DNA of 63,750 nucleotides, filler included, from Octopus bimaculoides (GCF_001194135.2; 5 parts of 5 records of this genome joined end to end with filler, not necessarily neighbours in it); one strand, 5' to 3'; positions 23,074 through 37,899 are shown, numbered from the whole stretch's first letter. Notes: a model not told the origin generated them from the sequence alone. Numbers and translations are program-made.

Positions 23074-26000
23074 TTATTTATATATGTATGTATAAGTACA
23101 GCGACATAAATAAATAGGTATTAAAGCTGAAGAAACATGGAAAATGGGTAGCGAATTTGCCGATTCGATAAGAGCCGCAGAAAATGACTCGTTGCATTTG
23201 TCCCTACTCTCTACAGAGCGAGTTCAAGTCGATCAGAGTCCAAATTTTCTGTCATCCTTTATGCAGAGTTATACCGTTCATCTTGCAGTACTTTTCCTGG
23301 CTCTTAGTATTGTTTGTAAATCTCACCAAGTGTTGTAGACTTAATCCATTCCCCTGTTCAACACCACTATCTGGACATTTGGGAGGCTTTAGCGGAGTTC
23401 ATTCTGTAGTAAACACTTTAATCGGCTTCCCATTTTATCGAAACTTTATTTCACGCTTTCCAAAAGTCTCAGTGGCTTTATAATCGGCCGAGTGATACTG
23501 TCTTCGATCCACACTTAAAATGACACCAAAAATATGACAAACAATAAACCGCGCACTTTTTTGTGTTGATGAAATGTATGTCGACTACATGGAGCATATT
23601 GAAGAATTAGATAAGATTAGTGAAAAGCTAACCCCAATATTTTGCACTTTAAGAGAGCATCGTATAAAATCAGTGCTTTTTCATAATTATGAGTTAGAAA
23701 TATTTATACGAAAATATTTAATAATCAACGACTATATTTCGCAACTGACAGCTTATCGAATTCAGAGGAAGGTATTGTAAACAATTCTCTTATGCGATTT
23801 AAACTGTGCTTCGTATTAATTTTAGGTAAACGTATTATCTTTCACTGAAGTATCCACAAATCATTTGACTATGAAATTTAGATGCATAATGACCTTGTAT
23901 TTTAAGAAATATTGGTGACGTTTTATCGTCACGACTTTCCTAATTTTGTAATCTGATTTTCCCAGTGAGTAATCTGATGCTTCCATAAATGGCAAGGAAA
24001 TATTTTGCTCCATTTAGTTCGGTGTTCTATAAGATACTGGATGGTGGTTTAAGCGCAATGATTCTGTATATGTTAGTGAGAAAATAGAATTTTGTAACAT
24101 TCATATATTTCCAGACGACGCAGCCTATCTATAAAGAGTGTAACATTTTTATCTAGAAATTTAGAATCTAGTGCTATTGCTGGCATCGATAACCTTTTGG
24201 CGCTGCAACGTATAATAATGCTAAAAACTCTATACTGACAGATTATTAAGATATTATTTGACGGGGAAGTTGTTTGCGTTTATTAAGTTATCTAAAAAAT
24301 GGTGAACTGATCAAGGTATTCAATGATATCCAACATGTTATAAATATGCATAACAATTTTTTGTTGGTTTCACAGCAGTGTTAAAAACGAACGAAAAAAA
24401 TTCGACTAACTGACATTTCTCTTGCGTTTGAAAGGAATAATTTGAAAAGAAAATACGATTATGAAATTTTTCTTTAGACTGTGCTTTTTTTCATTCTCAT
24501 CCTGCTGGTAACGTTGAATGAAATATAACTGTGCAATTTCTAGTCTTGTTTTATAGCTATTACAGGGTCGGTAATAGAGTCTAAACGCAAACAAAATTGG
24601 AAGATAAAAGTTGTTAGTTACAAAACACAAATTAACAATCGATTCAATAGGTTTCTTTTAAATACTATTTCCAATGTCTGAAAATAATCTTTATAATTAT
24701 TATTCAATGTTTACCAATAAGATTAACACACCTCGAACTAACATTACAATACAGACATACCATGTGAAACCCTCTCATCCTTTTAATGTATGTACGACTA
24801 CATTATCTAATGGTGTCATATATTTAAGACAGTAGGGTGTGATTTGTATAATATATAACTAGTTCTTTTATCGGATCGAACGAACACATTTTGATGCTTA
24901 AATTATTGATTCCTGCTGTTGAGATTGTGGTGGGCACTGATTCAGGAGACGTGTTTAGAGGGCCCCAGTCAATATGTTGTATGTAATATACCACAAGAGT
25001 GGGATATTACAACCTAATATTTCAATGGCCTTCTTTCGATGTATTTTGATAAACAGGATGTAATTTTTAATTCTCTTAGTTGACACTAAATGGTACGGTT
25101 TTGTTGTGTGAGACTTTCAGATAATGCGTATGAGAGATGGGGTTGAATGGAGTATTTAAAAAGGGTTAATTTCAAGCCTGAATAATGCAATTTCTGTAAG
25201 AATGTTTACAACCGGAACTGCTTTGATTAATGACACAATGTCCATCAAACATGCTCCAGTTATAGCCACTTCGTCTTTATTCAAACATTGCATATTAATC
25301 TAAATTAACCAATGTGTCGTTCATTTTTCTGTGACTGTCAGGTTTACTTTGATGCAGCTCTGGCATTAACTGGGACTGGAAACACATTCATTGTGGTCTT
25401 TCTTAAGATGTATTTGAAAATCTACCTACTTCCGTAAGAAATTATTGAAGCAAAATATTTACACTCATTTTCTGTGACATCAAACATAGAAAGATGGAAG
25501 AGATGAAAGAAAAATTCTCATCAAAGTATATGATTATGGACTTTAAATCTAAGCTTATTCAAATAAATGAATACAAAATTAAAATCAACAGAGTTTCTTA
25601 ACTTTATTTACTAAGAAATAGTTGAACTTCTCTCTGAAGTTTAACATGAAATTATGATAAATGAAATGGGTCACTGACATATTCTAGATTGATTAATTAC
25701 TTGACCTGGCATACGAAGACAATGGTATTACTATTATAATAAATTTATTTCCTCCCATAGATCACACAACAACGAGATATATTTAAGCTTTTATCAGCGA
25801 TATTTACATACTAACTGCACTAAGATATCTGTGAGTGTTTAGATTTATGTACGTATATATANNNNNNNNNNNNNNNNNNNNNNNNNNNNNNNNNNNNNNN
25901 NNNNNNNNNNNNNNNNNNNNNNNNNNNNNNNNNNNNNNNNNNNNNNNNNNNNNNNNNNNNNNNNNNNNNNNNNNNNNNNNNNNNNNNNNNNNNNNNNNNN

Positions 26001-26178
26001 NNNNNNNNNNNNNNNNNNNNNNNATGTATGTATGTATGTATGTATGTATGTATGTATGTATGTATGTATGTATGTATGTATGTATGTATGAATGTATATA
26101 TGTGTGCATGTATGTATGAATGTATATATGTATGTGCGTATGCATGATGGTATGTATGTAAATATATATATATATATA

Positions 26179-26584
26179 GGCGCAGGAGTAGCTGTGTGGT
26201 AAGTAGCTTGCCTACCAACCACATGGTTCCGGGTTCAGTCCCACTGCCTGGCACCTTGGGCAGCTGTCGTCTACTATAGGCTCGAGCCGACCAAAGCCTT
26301 GTGAGTAGATTTGGTAGACGGAAACTGAAAGATGCCCGTCGTATATATGTATATATATGTATGTGTGTGTATATGTTTGTGTGTCTGTGTTTGTCTCCCA
26401 ACATCGCTTGACAACTGATGGTGGTGTGTTTACGTTCCTGTAACATTCGCGGTTGGGCAAATGAGACCGATATAAAAAGTACTAGGCTTACAAAGAATAC
26501 GTCCTGGGGTCGATTTCTTTGACTAAAGGCGGTGCTCCAGCATGGCCGCAGTCAAATGACTGAAACAAGCAAAAGAGTAAAAGA
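26179..26584 (+). mobile_element. Full-length family A SINE
   Basis: A-box-like tagctgtgtggt, B-box-like ggttcagtccc, central domain, internal (TA)/(TG) tract, and tail ...tgaaacaagcaaaagagtaaaagag. Confidence 0.95.
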
Positions 26585-26615
<31 letters not shown>

Positions 26616-26984
26616 GCAACNNNNNNNNNNNNNNNNNNNNNNNNNNNNNNNNNNNNNNNNNNNNNNNNNNNNNNNNNNNNNNNNNNNNNNNNNNNNNNNN
26701 NNNNNNNNNNNNNNNNNNNNNNNNNNNNNNNNNNNNNNNNNNNNNNNNNNNNNNNNNNNNNNNNNNNNNNNNNNNNNNNNNNNNNNNNNNNNNNNNNNNN
26801 NNNNNNNNNNNNNNNNNNNNNNNNNNNNNNNNNNNNNNNNNNNNNNNNNNNNNNNNNNNNNNNNNNNNNNNNNNNNNNNNNNNNNNNNNNNNNNNNNNNN
26901 NNNNNNNNNNNNNNNNNNNNNNNNNNNNNNNNNNNNNNNNNNNNNNNNNNNNNNNNNNNNNTATATATATATATATATATAATC

Positions 26985-28695
26985 AAAAAGGTTAATGAGG
27001 CAGTTTCAAGATCCATGGCTGTGGGCGGTACCACTTTTGTTCAGTGGGGAAAATATCGTTCTGTTTCATACATGTTTTCTATAGGCAATTTGATGTGAAA
27101 ATCTTATAAATGGTTGATAAACAGGTTATGGGCCGATAGTTTTTTCGAACTTTAGTTTTCTTATTATTTGGAAGTAGTTAAGTAATACCACTTGCTAACC
27201 AGTCAGGTGTTTTCATAAGATCTCTCATAATTCCATTGAACAGCTGGACTAATTTTTGTGTGCGTATGGAGGCGATTCGTGACAGAACTTTGATACTCCA
27301 TCTTTATCGAGGGATCTCTATTCATGAGCCTTCGTAAGTGTCATCGATACATCGGCTATTGCGAATGTCTTCTTATGCTTGTACGTGCAAATTTTGGTAG
27401 GTTCCTTCTGTGCGTCTAATCCAGTTTGCATTCTTGCTGTATGTCTTCCAAAACTCTCCAAATTCTGTGGGAGGGCGATATTCAGTTGTTATTTTCATCT
27501 TCCTTATTTCTGTGTAGAATGTTTACGCATTCGGTGTAAAATTGTTCCCTTTCTCAAATATCCATACTCATTGAGTATTTCTCTTGTTGCTACCAGTTCT
27601 CTTGGGGAGAATCCATGTTTTCTTTTCCCCTTCCTTCCTTTTGAGGATCTTATATCGTTTCCTCAGATTAGTTCATTTAATATTGATATTTTTCCCTCTC
27701 ATTAACTCAATCTCTTTTTCAATTTTACTTCTTCAGTTCGTATTTCGTCTCAGGTTTTCTTTTCTTTGCTTTTTGGATGCATACAACTAGTTTCAATTAG
27801 CATAAGTAATTCCATTTAACTCTAGAAGATCAGGCTTTAATTCTTGTATAATTCCTTTTGTTCCATAGTTGCCAATTTCAATTTGTTCATTTATTTTTTT
27901 CTTTTTCATTTTAGCTCGTATTTGAGAGTTTATGGAGAGATTCTCTATCGTTCATACGTGCAAGCCTTACAACTGCAAGCTTATTTAGAATTTTCTGCTT
28001 CATTTCCATCAGAAACTCTCTCAGTTCTTCAGCAAATACATGATCTTCAAATTTTGTTATCTTCCCACTTTCCTGGCTATCTTTCTCAGAATTTTCAGAA
28101 ATTCCTATTTCTTCAGACATTTGCATGATTTGGCCAGATGACAGCCTTTCACTTAAGACTCCTGACGAGCTTCACTCTTTACCTGATTCTGTGTTTCCTT
28201 CTGGTCTTATATTTATGTCAAATTCCGCAACGTGCTTGAACGAAATTATTTCACTATCTGTGAGTCTGATCGTACCAGAAAAATACCCCTCCTACATTTG
28301 CTATCTTGTTTTCATCCAGATAGGGTCTGCTGCCTCGATTTCGTGTTCTATATATTTTTTAAGCAATTGTGGTTTGTCACCCTGGAGATGGCATAACTAA
28401 TGCAGAGTAATAAGCATGTATTACTGTATTATACTCTTCTTTGATCCGTTTCATCTCTTAAAAATGTTTCTTTCTGTGGTGGCTGTAATGATGAACTTGG
28501 AGGGCTCCATTTGTGGAACTTCCCATTCAAGTGGTCATCCAGGTTCGTATTCGAAGAAAAGTTTGTGCCAGTTGATGACGTTTCGAATCTAGGCTGGCCC
28601 TCACCCGAGGGACACGCTTCCAGATTGACCATTGGACAAGCGACTTGGCATACCCTTTTTAAGTTTCCTACTTATTTCTTAAAACATTTTTGTGC
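26985..28695 (-). mobile_element. Dong/R4-clade non-LTR retrotransposon, 5' half, pseudogenised
   Basis: N-terminal EEYNTVIHAYYSAL...IYRTRNRGSRPYLDENKIANV and RT motifs TPDWLASGIT*LLP, NYRPITCLSTIYKIFTS, FPTEQK. The 5' end abuts a (TAA)n tract; the element is cut off at (TA)n plus a gap. Confidence 0.75.
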
Positions 28696-28697
28696 TA

Positions 28698-28698
<1 letters not shown>

Positions 28699-28757
<59 letters not shown>

Positions 28758-28768
28758 CATCATCATCA

Positions 28769-28832
<64 letters not shown>
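28699..28832. repeat. (TTA)n(TCA)n(TTA)n microsatellite
   Basis: Direct reading. Confidence 0.95.
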
Positions 28833-28833
<1 letters not shown>

Positions 28834-29249
28834 TTGCCCTCCGTGCGTTATGTAGAAAGGGTTATTATTATTTCTAACATAATTATCAATACCATTATTA
28901 TCACCCCCACCATTATTATCGTTTTACTTGCCACCACCATGCCATTATGGGAGCCGTGGCCATCGTATATCACCACTACCATTGTCGCTGTGTCTGTCTC
29001 TGTGTTCACATTCTGTAGGTATAGCAACAGTGTAAACTTTGTCATCATTCTAATTTTTGTTTATGAGCTGCTGTTGATGTGCTCACAGCCGAAGACCGGT
29101 AAATTTAAGTCTCTAGCGTTGCTCCTACTATTGTGTAGTATTATTAAATGTCATTAGCTTCAACCTTTACCTTGTATTTGAGACAGACATAAGCACATGA
29201 GAGTTGGGCAGGATAGAATGAGTAAAAGTTTTAGCTTCGCGGACGCACA

Positions 29250-30100
29250 ACCAGATACTACCAGTCTATAAATTGGTTCAACAGATGCGGCCAGCTAAGG
29301 TCAAGCTTTCATTCCATAGCATGATGCAACAGTTAAGGAACCTTTCCGAGTTTTTCTTGCATGTATATGGAGAAAGAGTCTATAATTTCTAGAGTGTTTT
29401 AGGGTAAAGTGTGATCTTTAGGTAACCCATGACTAGCTCCGCAAATGAAGGAGCCATTTTCGTCCCTATTCAATCCCACATATGTGTCGAAAAATTTGTC
29501 ATTGCACATACAATAATTATTCTCCAGGATAAATGTCAGTCCTTCAATTATATATTCACTTTTTATGCGTTTGGTGAGTTCACTTGCATAACTTTTAAAG
29601 TTTTCACGTCGTCTGTCTTTGAGAGATTGTTGAATTTATCTTTTATGATGCTTTTGACTTTATTGAGAAATATCTTGTACAGAATATCGAAAGTTTACTC
29701 AGGTGATAAGATATTATTGATCTTAATTTCATATCATCAGATGATGGTACAAGTATATGACAGTGGTTCTTTTGCGTGACTCACTTTTTTGAACTTTTGC
29801 GAACTTTTGTTTCGCCATGGAGGAAGCTAGATTTACATCTGAAATTGTTAATATTATCGTATTCCTTTTCGGTGAGTCTTTCTCGTTATAAGCTTATTAA
29901 TTTTCTATAGTTCCTAGGGAACTGTAGTGTTGGATGATTTCATAGTATGCACTATCTTCTAATATGGATAACACGAGAATCTTCCAAAATTCGTTGGCCA
30001 TCAAGTCTATTTCATTTCCTTGAACGGATCTCTTTAATTGTTACCTTTTTTAAAAATTAACTTTGAATTACTTTAACTCATCCCATTTGATCTTGCTGAA
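29250..30100 (-). mobile_element. Penelope-like element reverse transcriptase relic
   Basis: Minus strand: LTEKE..NF.CKSSFLHGETKVRKS (cf. FYGLPKIHKS), IIEGLTFILENNYCMCNDKFF, and GTKMAPSFAELVMGY (PLE motif B, G.AMGTKxAPxxAxLxMGY). Confidence 0.8.
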
Positions 30101-30159
30101 GTTTGGTTTATGTGTTTACTTGTGCGTGTATTGATATGGATGATTGAAATATATATACA

Positions 30160-30361
30160 CTTTACTCTTTTACTTGTTTCAGTCATTTGACTGTGGCCAT
30201 GCTGGAGCACCACCTTTAGTCGAGCAAATCAACATCAGGACTTATTCTTTGTAAGACTAGTACTTATTCTATCGGTCTCTTTTGCCGAACCGCTAAGTTA
30301 CGGGGACATAAACACACCAGCAGTGGTTGTCAAGCGATGTTGGGGGGGGGGACAAACACAG

Positions 30362-30394
<33 letters not shown>

Positions 30395-30569
30395 TATATA
30401 TATATATGACGGGCTTCTTTCAGTTTTCGTCTACCAAATCCACTCACAAGTCTTTGGACGGCCCGAGGCTATACTAGAAAACACTTGCCCAAGGTGCCAC
30501 GCAGTGGAACTGAATCCAGAACCATGTGGTTGGTAAGCAAGCTACTTACCACACAGCCACTTCTGCGCC
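30160..30569 (-). mobile_element. Full-length family A SINE
   Basis: Reverse complement of the 26179 copy, including the internal (TA)(TG)n tract. Confidence 0.95.
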
Positions 30570-31965
30570 TAGAAATTGTCAGGGAGTTTGTTCATACCTC
30601 TCGATGGGGTTCTATTGCTGTTGTTTCTTGCAATCGACCCGTCATCGCCATGATTGACGTACACAGAATCTTAATTAACTTCAAGATACAGAAACGTCGC
30701 CTTTTGTTTTATCGTAGTGGTGTTGCTAAGGGGTTGGTTTGAATATGAGTATTTTCGGGCGTATGCAAATTTGCTTTATTGTTAAGCGTTTGATGAGTTA
30801 ATGATTTTAATTATTTTAGGTTTCTTTTGATTGTAAGGCGCCTCCGATTATCTCTATAAAAGGGTTAAAGAAGTCGGGTTGATTCATAATATTGATACTT
30901 GTTTCTTGATGAATGTGGTTGCAGCTACAATCAATAAGACGTGTGCTCATGAATAAGTGGAGGGAAAAACCTGTTAACATTTTTATCAAAGCAATCGGGG
31001 CCTTCTTGTATTCTGTTAACTTTTAATCACCTACATGCTATAGATATTTCAAAATGTAAAGTAAGTCACTGTAAAGAATTATTCACGTTTTCCCCCCATA
31101 AAAAGTTGCTCTGCATTGGCTCATCATTATACTCTGAAATATGGATCATCATACACATAACGTTTTACATCTTATAGCATTTGAAATTGCGTAAAGCAAG
31201 ATAATTTCATCACTCGCAAAAATCGTACTCATGTATGTAACCGATAACCTAAGTTGTTCCATAAATACAACCGGGAGTGTTGCTGCAGTTGCACAAGCTA
31301 TACCAACTAGATAATAATGAAGAACCTTGACAGATCAGACCAATCAAGAAATGCCTGGAAACTTAGTGTAATATGAATAACAAGCAATACCTAAGCAGAA
31401 GAAAAGTTTACACCGCTAATATAAGAGATACTACTGAAAAATAAAAGGCGTAAATACACAGGAAAACTAGATTGCAGAGCCACTTTCTCAGAGCGAGAGG
31501 TTCAATGTGAGAACGAGGTAACAATGAAGTAACCAGGTATGTATTTGGAAGATGAACTATGTCGGTGCTACCCTATTTTGTATTAAAGCATCAATCATGA
31601 AAAATTGTTGCGCACACCATTGATAGAGTGAGGCAATGTCAACATTGGATAACGGGAGGTAGATTAAATAAATCTCTTCGATATACTGGAAATAAGTGTG
31701 GAAAATAAATGGCATGAACATTTCGTTAAAATATTTGATCCACTTAGCGAAATATATCAATTTTAGAATCGATTGTGACGCAACTCATCAATAAAATGTC
31801 AATTAAAAATCTCTTTGAAAATAGATCAAGTAAACATATTTAATGGGTACAGCGGAATATGTACGTACAGGCATACATATGTACACAAATGCAGAGACAC
31901 ACGCACACCTGTAACACACACACACATGTACACACGCTTTTATTAAAAGCAGCATCATGCAGTCA

Positions 31966-32068
<103 letters not shown>

Positions 32069-33619
32069 ATACTTGTATTAAAACATCATGTTTTCATTCG
32101 CTCAATACAATAGCTAAAATGTAAATATAAATTATGTATACGTAGCGAGAGTCACTTTAATGTTGCTTAGAATATCATTCATTTGTAGTTGATGCAAAAT
32201 TTCTAAAATAAATTTATATATATGTAGATTATAATTATTCCCTTTCCAACGACGTAATTTACTTGCAGTAGCGATAGAAATGTAGCGATTAATTCCATAT
32301 CATATGGATCGATTTATACAGTACAAAAATTGATGACTAAATTCATTTTTCAAAGGAAATCAACTACATCCATAATTTCTGATTATCTATCAAACTGAAA
32401 GAAAATCAGTCTTTAATGTGATTATGAAATTATTTTCCCTTTATCAGTCGAAAAAAACCCCATCATCTGCGTAACATGTCCAAGTATCGGAAATTTATTT
32501 TATTATTATAAAAGCGTAAGCATTTGCGAAATATACACGCAAATGTGTGTGTAATTGCAAAGTATCTTGTGATGACGATAGTTATATATTAAATCTACTG
32601 TAAAACTCATTGATTTTCGTCGTCATTGCAGCTGCTACGAATTCTTAATGTATCACAGGGTTGGTATAAAGGATTTTAAAACGAAATGCAAGCTTCAATT
32701 AATGAAAAATGATAAACAAGAAATATATATCAATTATGAAAATCACTGACACAAACACACGGCCCCACAAACACACTCATACATGAATATGTATGTTGGT
32801 ATACTTGTGCATACATGCATACGCAGACAACCACACATACACACACACACGCACATATATGTATAGAGAGAGATAAACGGGGGAAAGAAAGAGTGAGAAA
32901 GAAAGAAAACAGTCATTTAATTGAATACGGGTAGAAATATAGGATGAAGATGTTCAAAGTGCACTGGAAGTCTTTTAGTTGGCTTATTTGTAAAGGATTA
33001 AGTGGTTGAAGAGATTCTTCTGCCCTTGACAACATAAGAGAGATAGAATGCCGCAACTGGAGGTCGAAAGTTGTTTGCTTTTTAAACATGAAGAATTTTA
33101 GTAGAAAGTATTGACCCCAGTATTTTATTTTCTTATTTATAAATCCTGGCTTCTGAGGACGTAAACAAAGGGACATAGACTGAAAAACGGTAGTGTGGCA
33201 CAAAAACATAGAAACGCACACACGCACACGTAGAAAACATACTCACGCACGCGCACACGAACAAACACATACGTATTTCCTTTTTGGATTTGCTTTGCAA
33301 GATCCTTTATGTTAGTTCGTGTGTTGAACCATGTTCTGTTGTGTCTGGGGAGAAATATTCTCTTTAAGTACCTTATAATTTAACACACGCACAAGTAAAA
33401 TTTCCGTTCATTTACTTATTTATCTATAGTTTTTGGAATGTAGCTTGAATAACAGACAGACTCAACAACTATTGAAAAAGTTGCAAGACGCAACGAATAT
33501 TTAAAAAAAAAGCAAATAAGTAAATGAGTGGAAATGTTATCGGTGAATGTGTTAAATTGTAAGGCAGTAAATGAGAATGACCCTACCCAGACACCACAGT
33601 ATATATATATGCATATACA

Positions 33620-33783
33620 GGGCAGTAGTGTCTGTGTGGTAAGTAGCTTGCTTACCAACCACATGGTTCTCGGCTCAATCCCATTGCGTGGCACCTTGGG
33701 CAAGTGCCTGTTACTATAGCCTTGGGCCGACCAAACCTTTGTGAGTGGATTTGGTAGACGGAAACTGAAAGAAACCCGTCGTA

Positions 33784-33820
<37 letters not shown>

Positions 33821-33832
33821 GTGTGTGTGTGT

Positions 33833-33870
<38 letters not shown>

Positions 33871-34095
33871 CTTTGTGTGTCTGTGTTTGTTCCCCCACCA
33901 ACATCGCTTGGCAGCCGAGGGTGATGCGTTTACGTCCCCGTAACCTAGCGGTTCGGCAAAAGGAACCGATAGAATAAGTACTAGGCTTCCAAACAATAAG
34001 TCCTGGGGTCGATTTGCTTGACTAAAGGCGGTGCTCCAGCATGGCTGCAGTCAAATGACTGAAACAAGTAAAAGAGAGTAAAAGAATAAGAAAGA
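33620..34095 (+). mobile_element. Full-length family A SINE with an expanded internal microsatellite
   Basis: Head, central domain, about 110 bp of (TA)/(TG), then second domain and tail. Confidence 0.95.
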
Positions 34096-34920
34096 ATATA
34101 TATATATATATACATATACAAACAGAGAGACAGAAAGAGAGATACTCGCACACACACGTCTGTGTGTGTATATAGACATATCACCAGCGTCAGTGAAACT
34201 GAAATACGGTACATTAAAATATTATAAAGCCTCCGTACACTTTAAATGAGTATGAAAATTCATTGAAACCATAATTTTGTTTTGCATATAAAATCTGGAA
34301 AGGTCTCACCTCATGAATTGAGTCACTGTTGCCTGCTTCTCAAAGTAAGGGTAAGTGAACGCATTCCTTCCTTTCGTTGTTATGGTGATCACTCACACGC
34401 ATTGCAGTGGGAATGATGTTGAGAGAAAATGCGTCTTGCATTAGCACACAAATGTTTCTCTATGTCCCAAACCGTGTGTTATTCTATGTTTCCCCCGCCC
34501 ATCAACACCTCTATTTCCTTCCTTCTCCGTATTCTTCTAATTGGAACATTAAAACTGGTGCACCAACAATGTCATAAACAATTCATTGGCGATCTACTTC
34601 TCCATTAATATACTATGAAGATAAACATGGTGCAGCATCCAGTTCGTATTGTTATAGGGGAACAGTGACACATAAAACATATTAAGGTTACAAAGAGCAT
34701 AGTATCATGAGTTACATATCGTGACAATTTCAAAAAATAAATTAAAAAGGAATAAAAGATTTTTCTGATACTTATTTCCCTGGTCTGAAAAAATAGATGA
34801 AAGAATAACTGCATATACCTACCTACATTCATACTTATGTATGTATGTATGTATGTATGTATGTATGTATGTATGTATGTATGTATGTATGTATCTATCT
34901 ATCTATCGCTCTATCTATTG

Positions 34921-35385
34921 ATAAAAATGTCAAGACAACAAAAGAATGAAAGAGACTTCGATATTATGTAAATACAGGAATTTATCTGTAAATATAATAT
35001 GTAACAATTATTTCGGATGTCGGGGTGGAAACCCACGCCGCCATCTCTTCATAGTAATCGCGTAATCTTCATAGTAATCTCTTGATAGTAATCGCGTAAG
35101 CGCGCATGTCAATACATACTCATGCGTGCTTACGCGATTACTATGAGCATTTTTACTCCCTTACCTTTACTCCCTCCCGCCACTTAGCGGTCATTCTAAT
35201 AGCTCTTTTGTCTTAATAACGGTCAATCACACAGTAATTTCCCTTTGTTTTTACGGTAATTTTCATAGCATCCTTTTCGGTGGCCCGATAACTGAAGAGA
35301 TGCCAGTGTGGGTTTCCGCCCTGACATCCGAAAGTCGGAGTTTAATCATGCCTACCGAATAATTGTCGCATATTATACTTACATA
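34921..35385. mobile_element. PLE pLTR-like divergent inverted pair with a central fold-back hairpin
   Basis: 40-bp inverted arms at 35012-35051 and 35293-35332. Plus arm reads CTGAAGA-GATG...CATC-c-GAAA (35292-35333). Hairpin 35085-35108 / 35121-35144 matches at 23/24. Confidence 0.6.
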
Positions 35386-36222
35386 TATATATATATATAN
35401 NNNNNNNNNNNNNNNNNNNNNNNNNNNNNNNNNNNNNNNNNNNNNNNNNNNNNNNNNNNNNNNNNNNNNNNNNNNNNNNNNNNNNNNNNNNNNNNNNNNN
35501 NNTTTCACTACCAGTAGCCTAGCATGTATAAATTTCAATAAATAACATATTCACGATGTATATTTTATTTGCTAATTAGAGTTTGAAGCCTAGGTATGGC
35601 TTTAAATATAAATTAGTTTTTATTTTTCATTCCTTCCGACTTTTCTCTTAAGTGTGGTTTTGGTTGCTTTTACTGCTTCTTCTAGCATGTAAGGCTGCCT
35701 GTTAAAGTTCGCCTCTCTTGTATTTGTGTTTAAAATTTACACTAATTATATGTATATATATGAATGCCCGTACGTATGCATCTATATAGGCATGTGTTTT
35801 GAGTGTGTGCGTATGTTATGTCCTAATATGAACCAATGACCGATTCCGGTTATAGAATATCAGTAATCAAAAGAAACCTTCGAATTCCGGTATTTCTTAT
35901 AAATATAAAAATTTTAATTTCTTAGTGTTGCCTTGTCTGCAGCCAATTTGCCAATGGCATTACTTCTTTGTATCGGATTTCTTTTGATATATATCTAATC
36001 TATGGTAAGCTTTAGAAGGTTCAGGAGATGATCATAAATATATAAATAGCATTTCATACAAAATTTCCTTCATGATTTCTCGTGTGCTGTTTCCAATTAA
36101 AATAACCGCGGACTGTATAACAGCAATATCCATTCAGTAGATATACACACGCAAACACACACACGCACGCACACATACACACACACGTGTGCATGTGTGC
36201 TAATGTATACATTTATATATTC

Positions 36223-36339
<117 letters not shown>

Positions 36340-36925
36340 CATATATATATATATTTCTCTATNNNNNNNNNNNNNNNNNNNNNNNNNNNNNNNNNNNNNN
36401 NNNNNNNNNNNNNNNNNNNNNNNNNNNNNNNNNNNNNNNNNNNNNNNNNNNNNNNNNNNNNNNNNNNNNNNNNNNNNNNNNNNNNNNNNNNNNNNNNNNN
36501 NNNNNNNNNNNNNNNNNNNNNNNNNNNNNNNNNNNNNNNNNNNNNNNNNNNNNNNNNNNNNNNNNNNNNNNNNNNNNNNNNNNNNNNNNNNNNNNNNNNN
36601 NNNNNNNNNNNNNNNNNNNNNNNNNNNNNNNNNNNNNNNNNNNNNNNNNNNNNNNNNNNNNNNNNNNNNNNNNNNNNNNNNNNNNNNNNNNNNNNNNNNN
36701 NNNNNNNNNNNNNNNNNNNNNNNNNNNNNNNNNNNNNNNNNNNNNNNNNNNNNNNNNNNNNNNNNNNNNNNNNNNNNNNNNNNNNNNNNNNNNNNNNNNN
36801 NNNNNNNNNNNNNNNNNNNNNNNNNNNNNNNNNNNNNNNNNNNNNNNNNNNNNNNNNNNNNNNNNNNNNNNNNNNNNNNNNNNNNNNNNNNNNNNNNNNN
36901 NNNNNNNNNNNNNNNNNNNNNNNNN

Positions 36926-36969
<44 letters not shown>

Positions 36970-37899
36970 GTATATATAAACACACACACATGCATATATA
37001 TAAGATTTGTTTACACATTCATCGTAACTACATACATACATATATATTTGTGCATGTTATTGTAGTCTATTGATATATGTATGTACATGTGAAGTCGTTG
37101 TGAGTGCGTGTGTATGTTTGTGTGTATGCGTGCGTGCGTACGCGCGTGTGTGTTGTATGCGTGCGTGTTACTGTATGCGTGTATGTATATATGTGTGGAG
37201 AGTATACATGAATGCATACAGTATTTGTAATTTAAGGATAAGCCTAGAAATATTTCAGTAGGTGTTAGTCGTAAGCACGACATTAAATCATAACTTGATT
37301 TATACGACAATTTATTCTGTCCGAACATATGAAACACAAAGGTAGCATCGGTGAGATATCAAGTCGGAACGTAAATAGCCTAAACGCACAGCAAAAGACA
37401 TTTTTCTAACATTCTAATATTTGGTCGATTCACCTCGCGTCTATGTATGACTGCATAAACACGTATACACACTCACACACACACACACACATATATATAT
37501 ATACACACATATGTATGTATACATATTTAAGCATGTGCGTACCTTGTAATCTATGTATCTACCTATCTATTTTTATATATATATACGGAGAAAGAGATAC
37601 AAATCAAATATGCGATTTAACCTACATACTTATAAAGAAATTGAAAAGTAAAGATACGAAAACCATTTTCCGTCAATTTTATTATAGATTTCTATATATG
37701 TCCACTGGAATTTCTAAAAGTATTTACTACAAACAATGTAATTACTTCTATCATATTGCTAACTAAGGTAATAAATACAAATTAGAATATTTGTTGACCC
37801 AAAATAATATAGATGATATTTATTTTCTCATTAGTTTATAATTTCCGTGTTGCAAATGTGTATCGCATGTATTAAAATCATATGTGTAATAGTAACGAA

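Noticed and set aside
26179-26255. tRNA genes at SINE heads (also 57510, 43170, 52647)
   Set aside because: A/B boxes are present but no cloverleaf forms, and each continues into SINE body.
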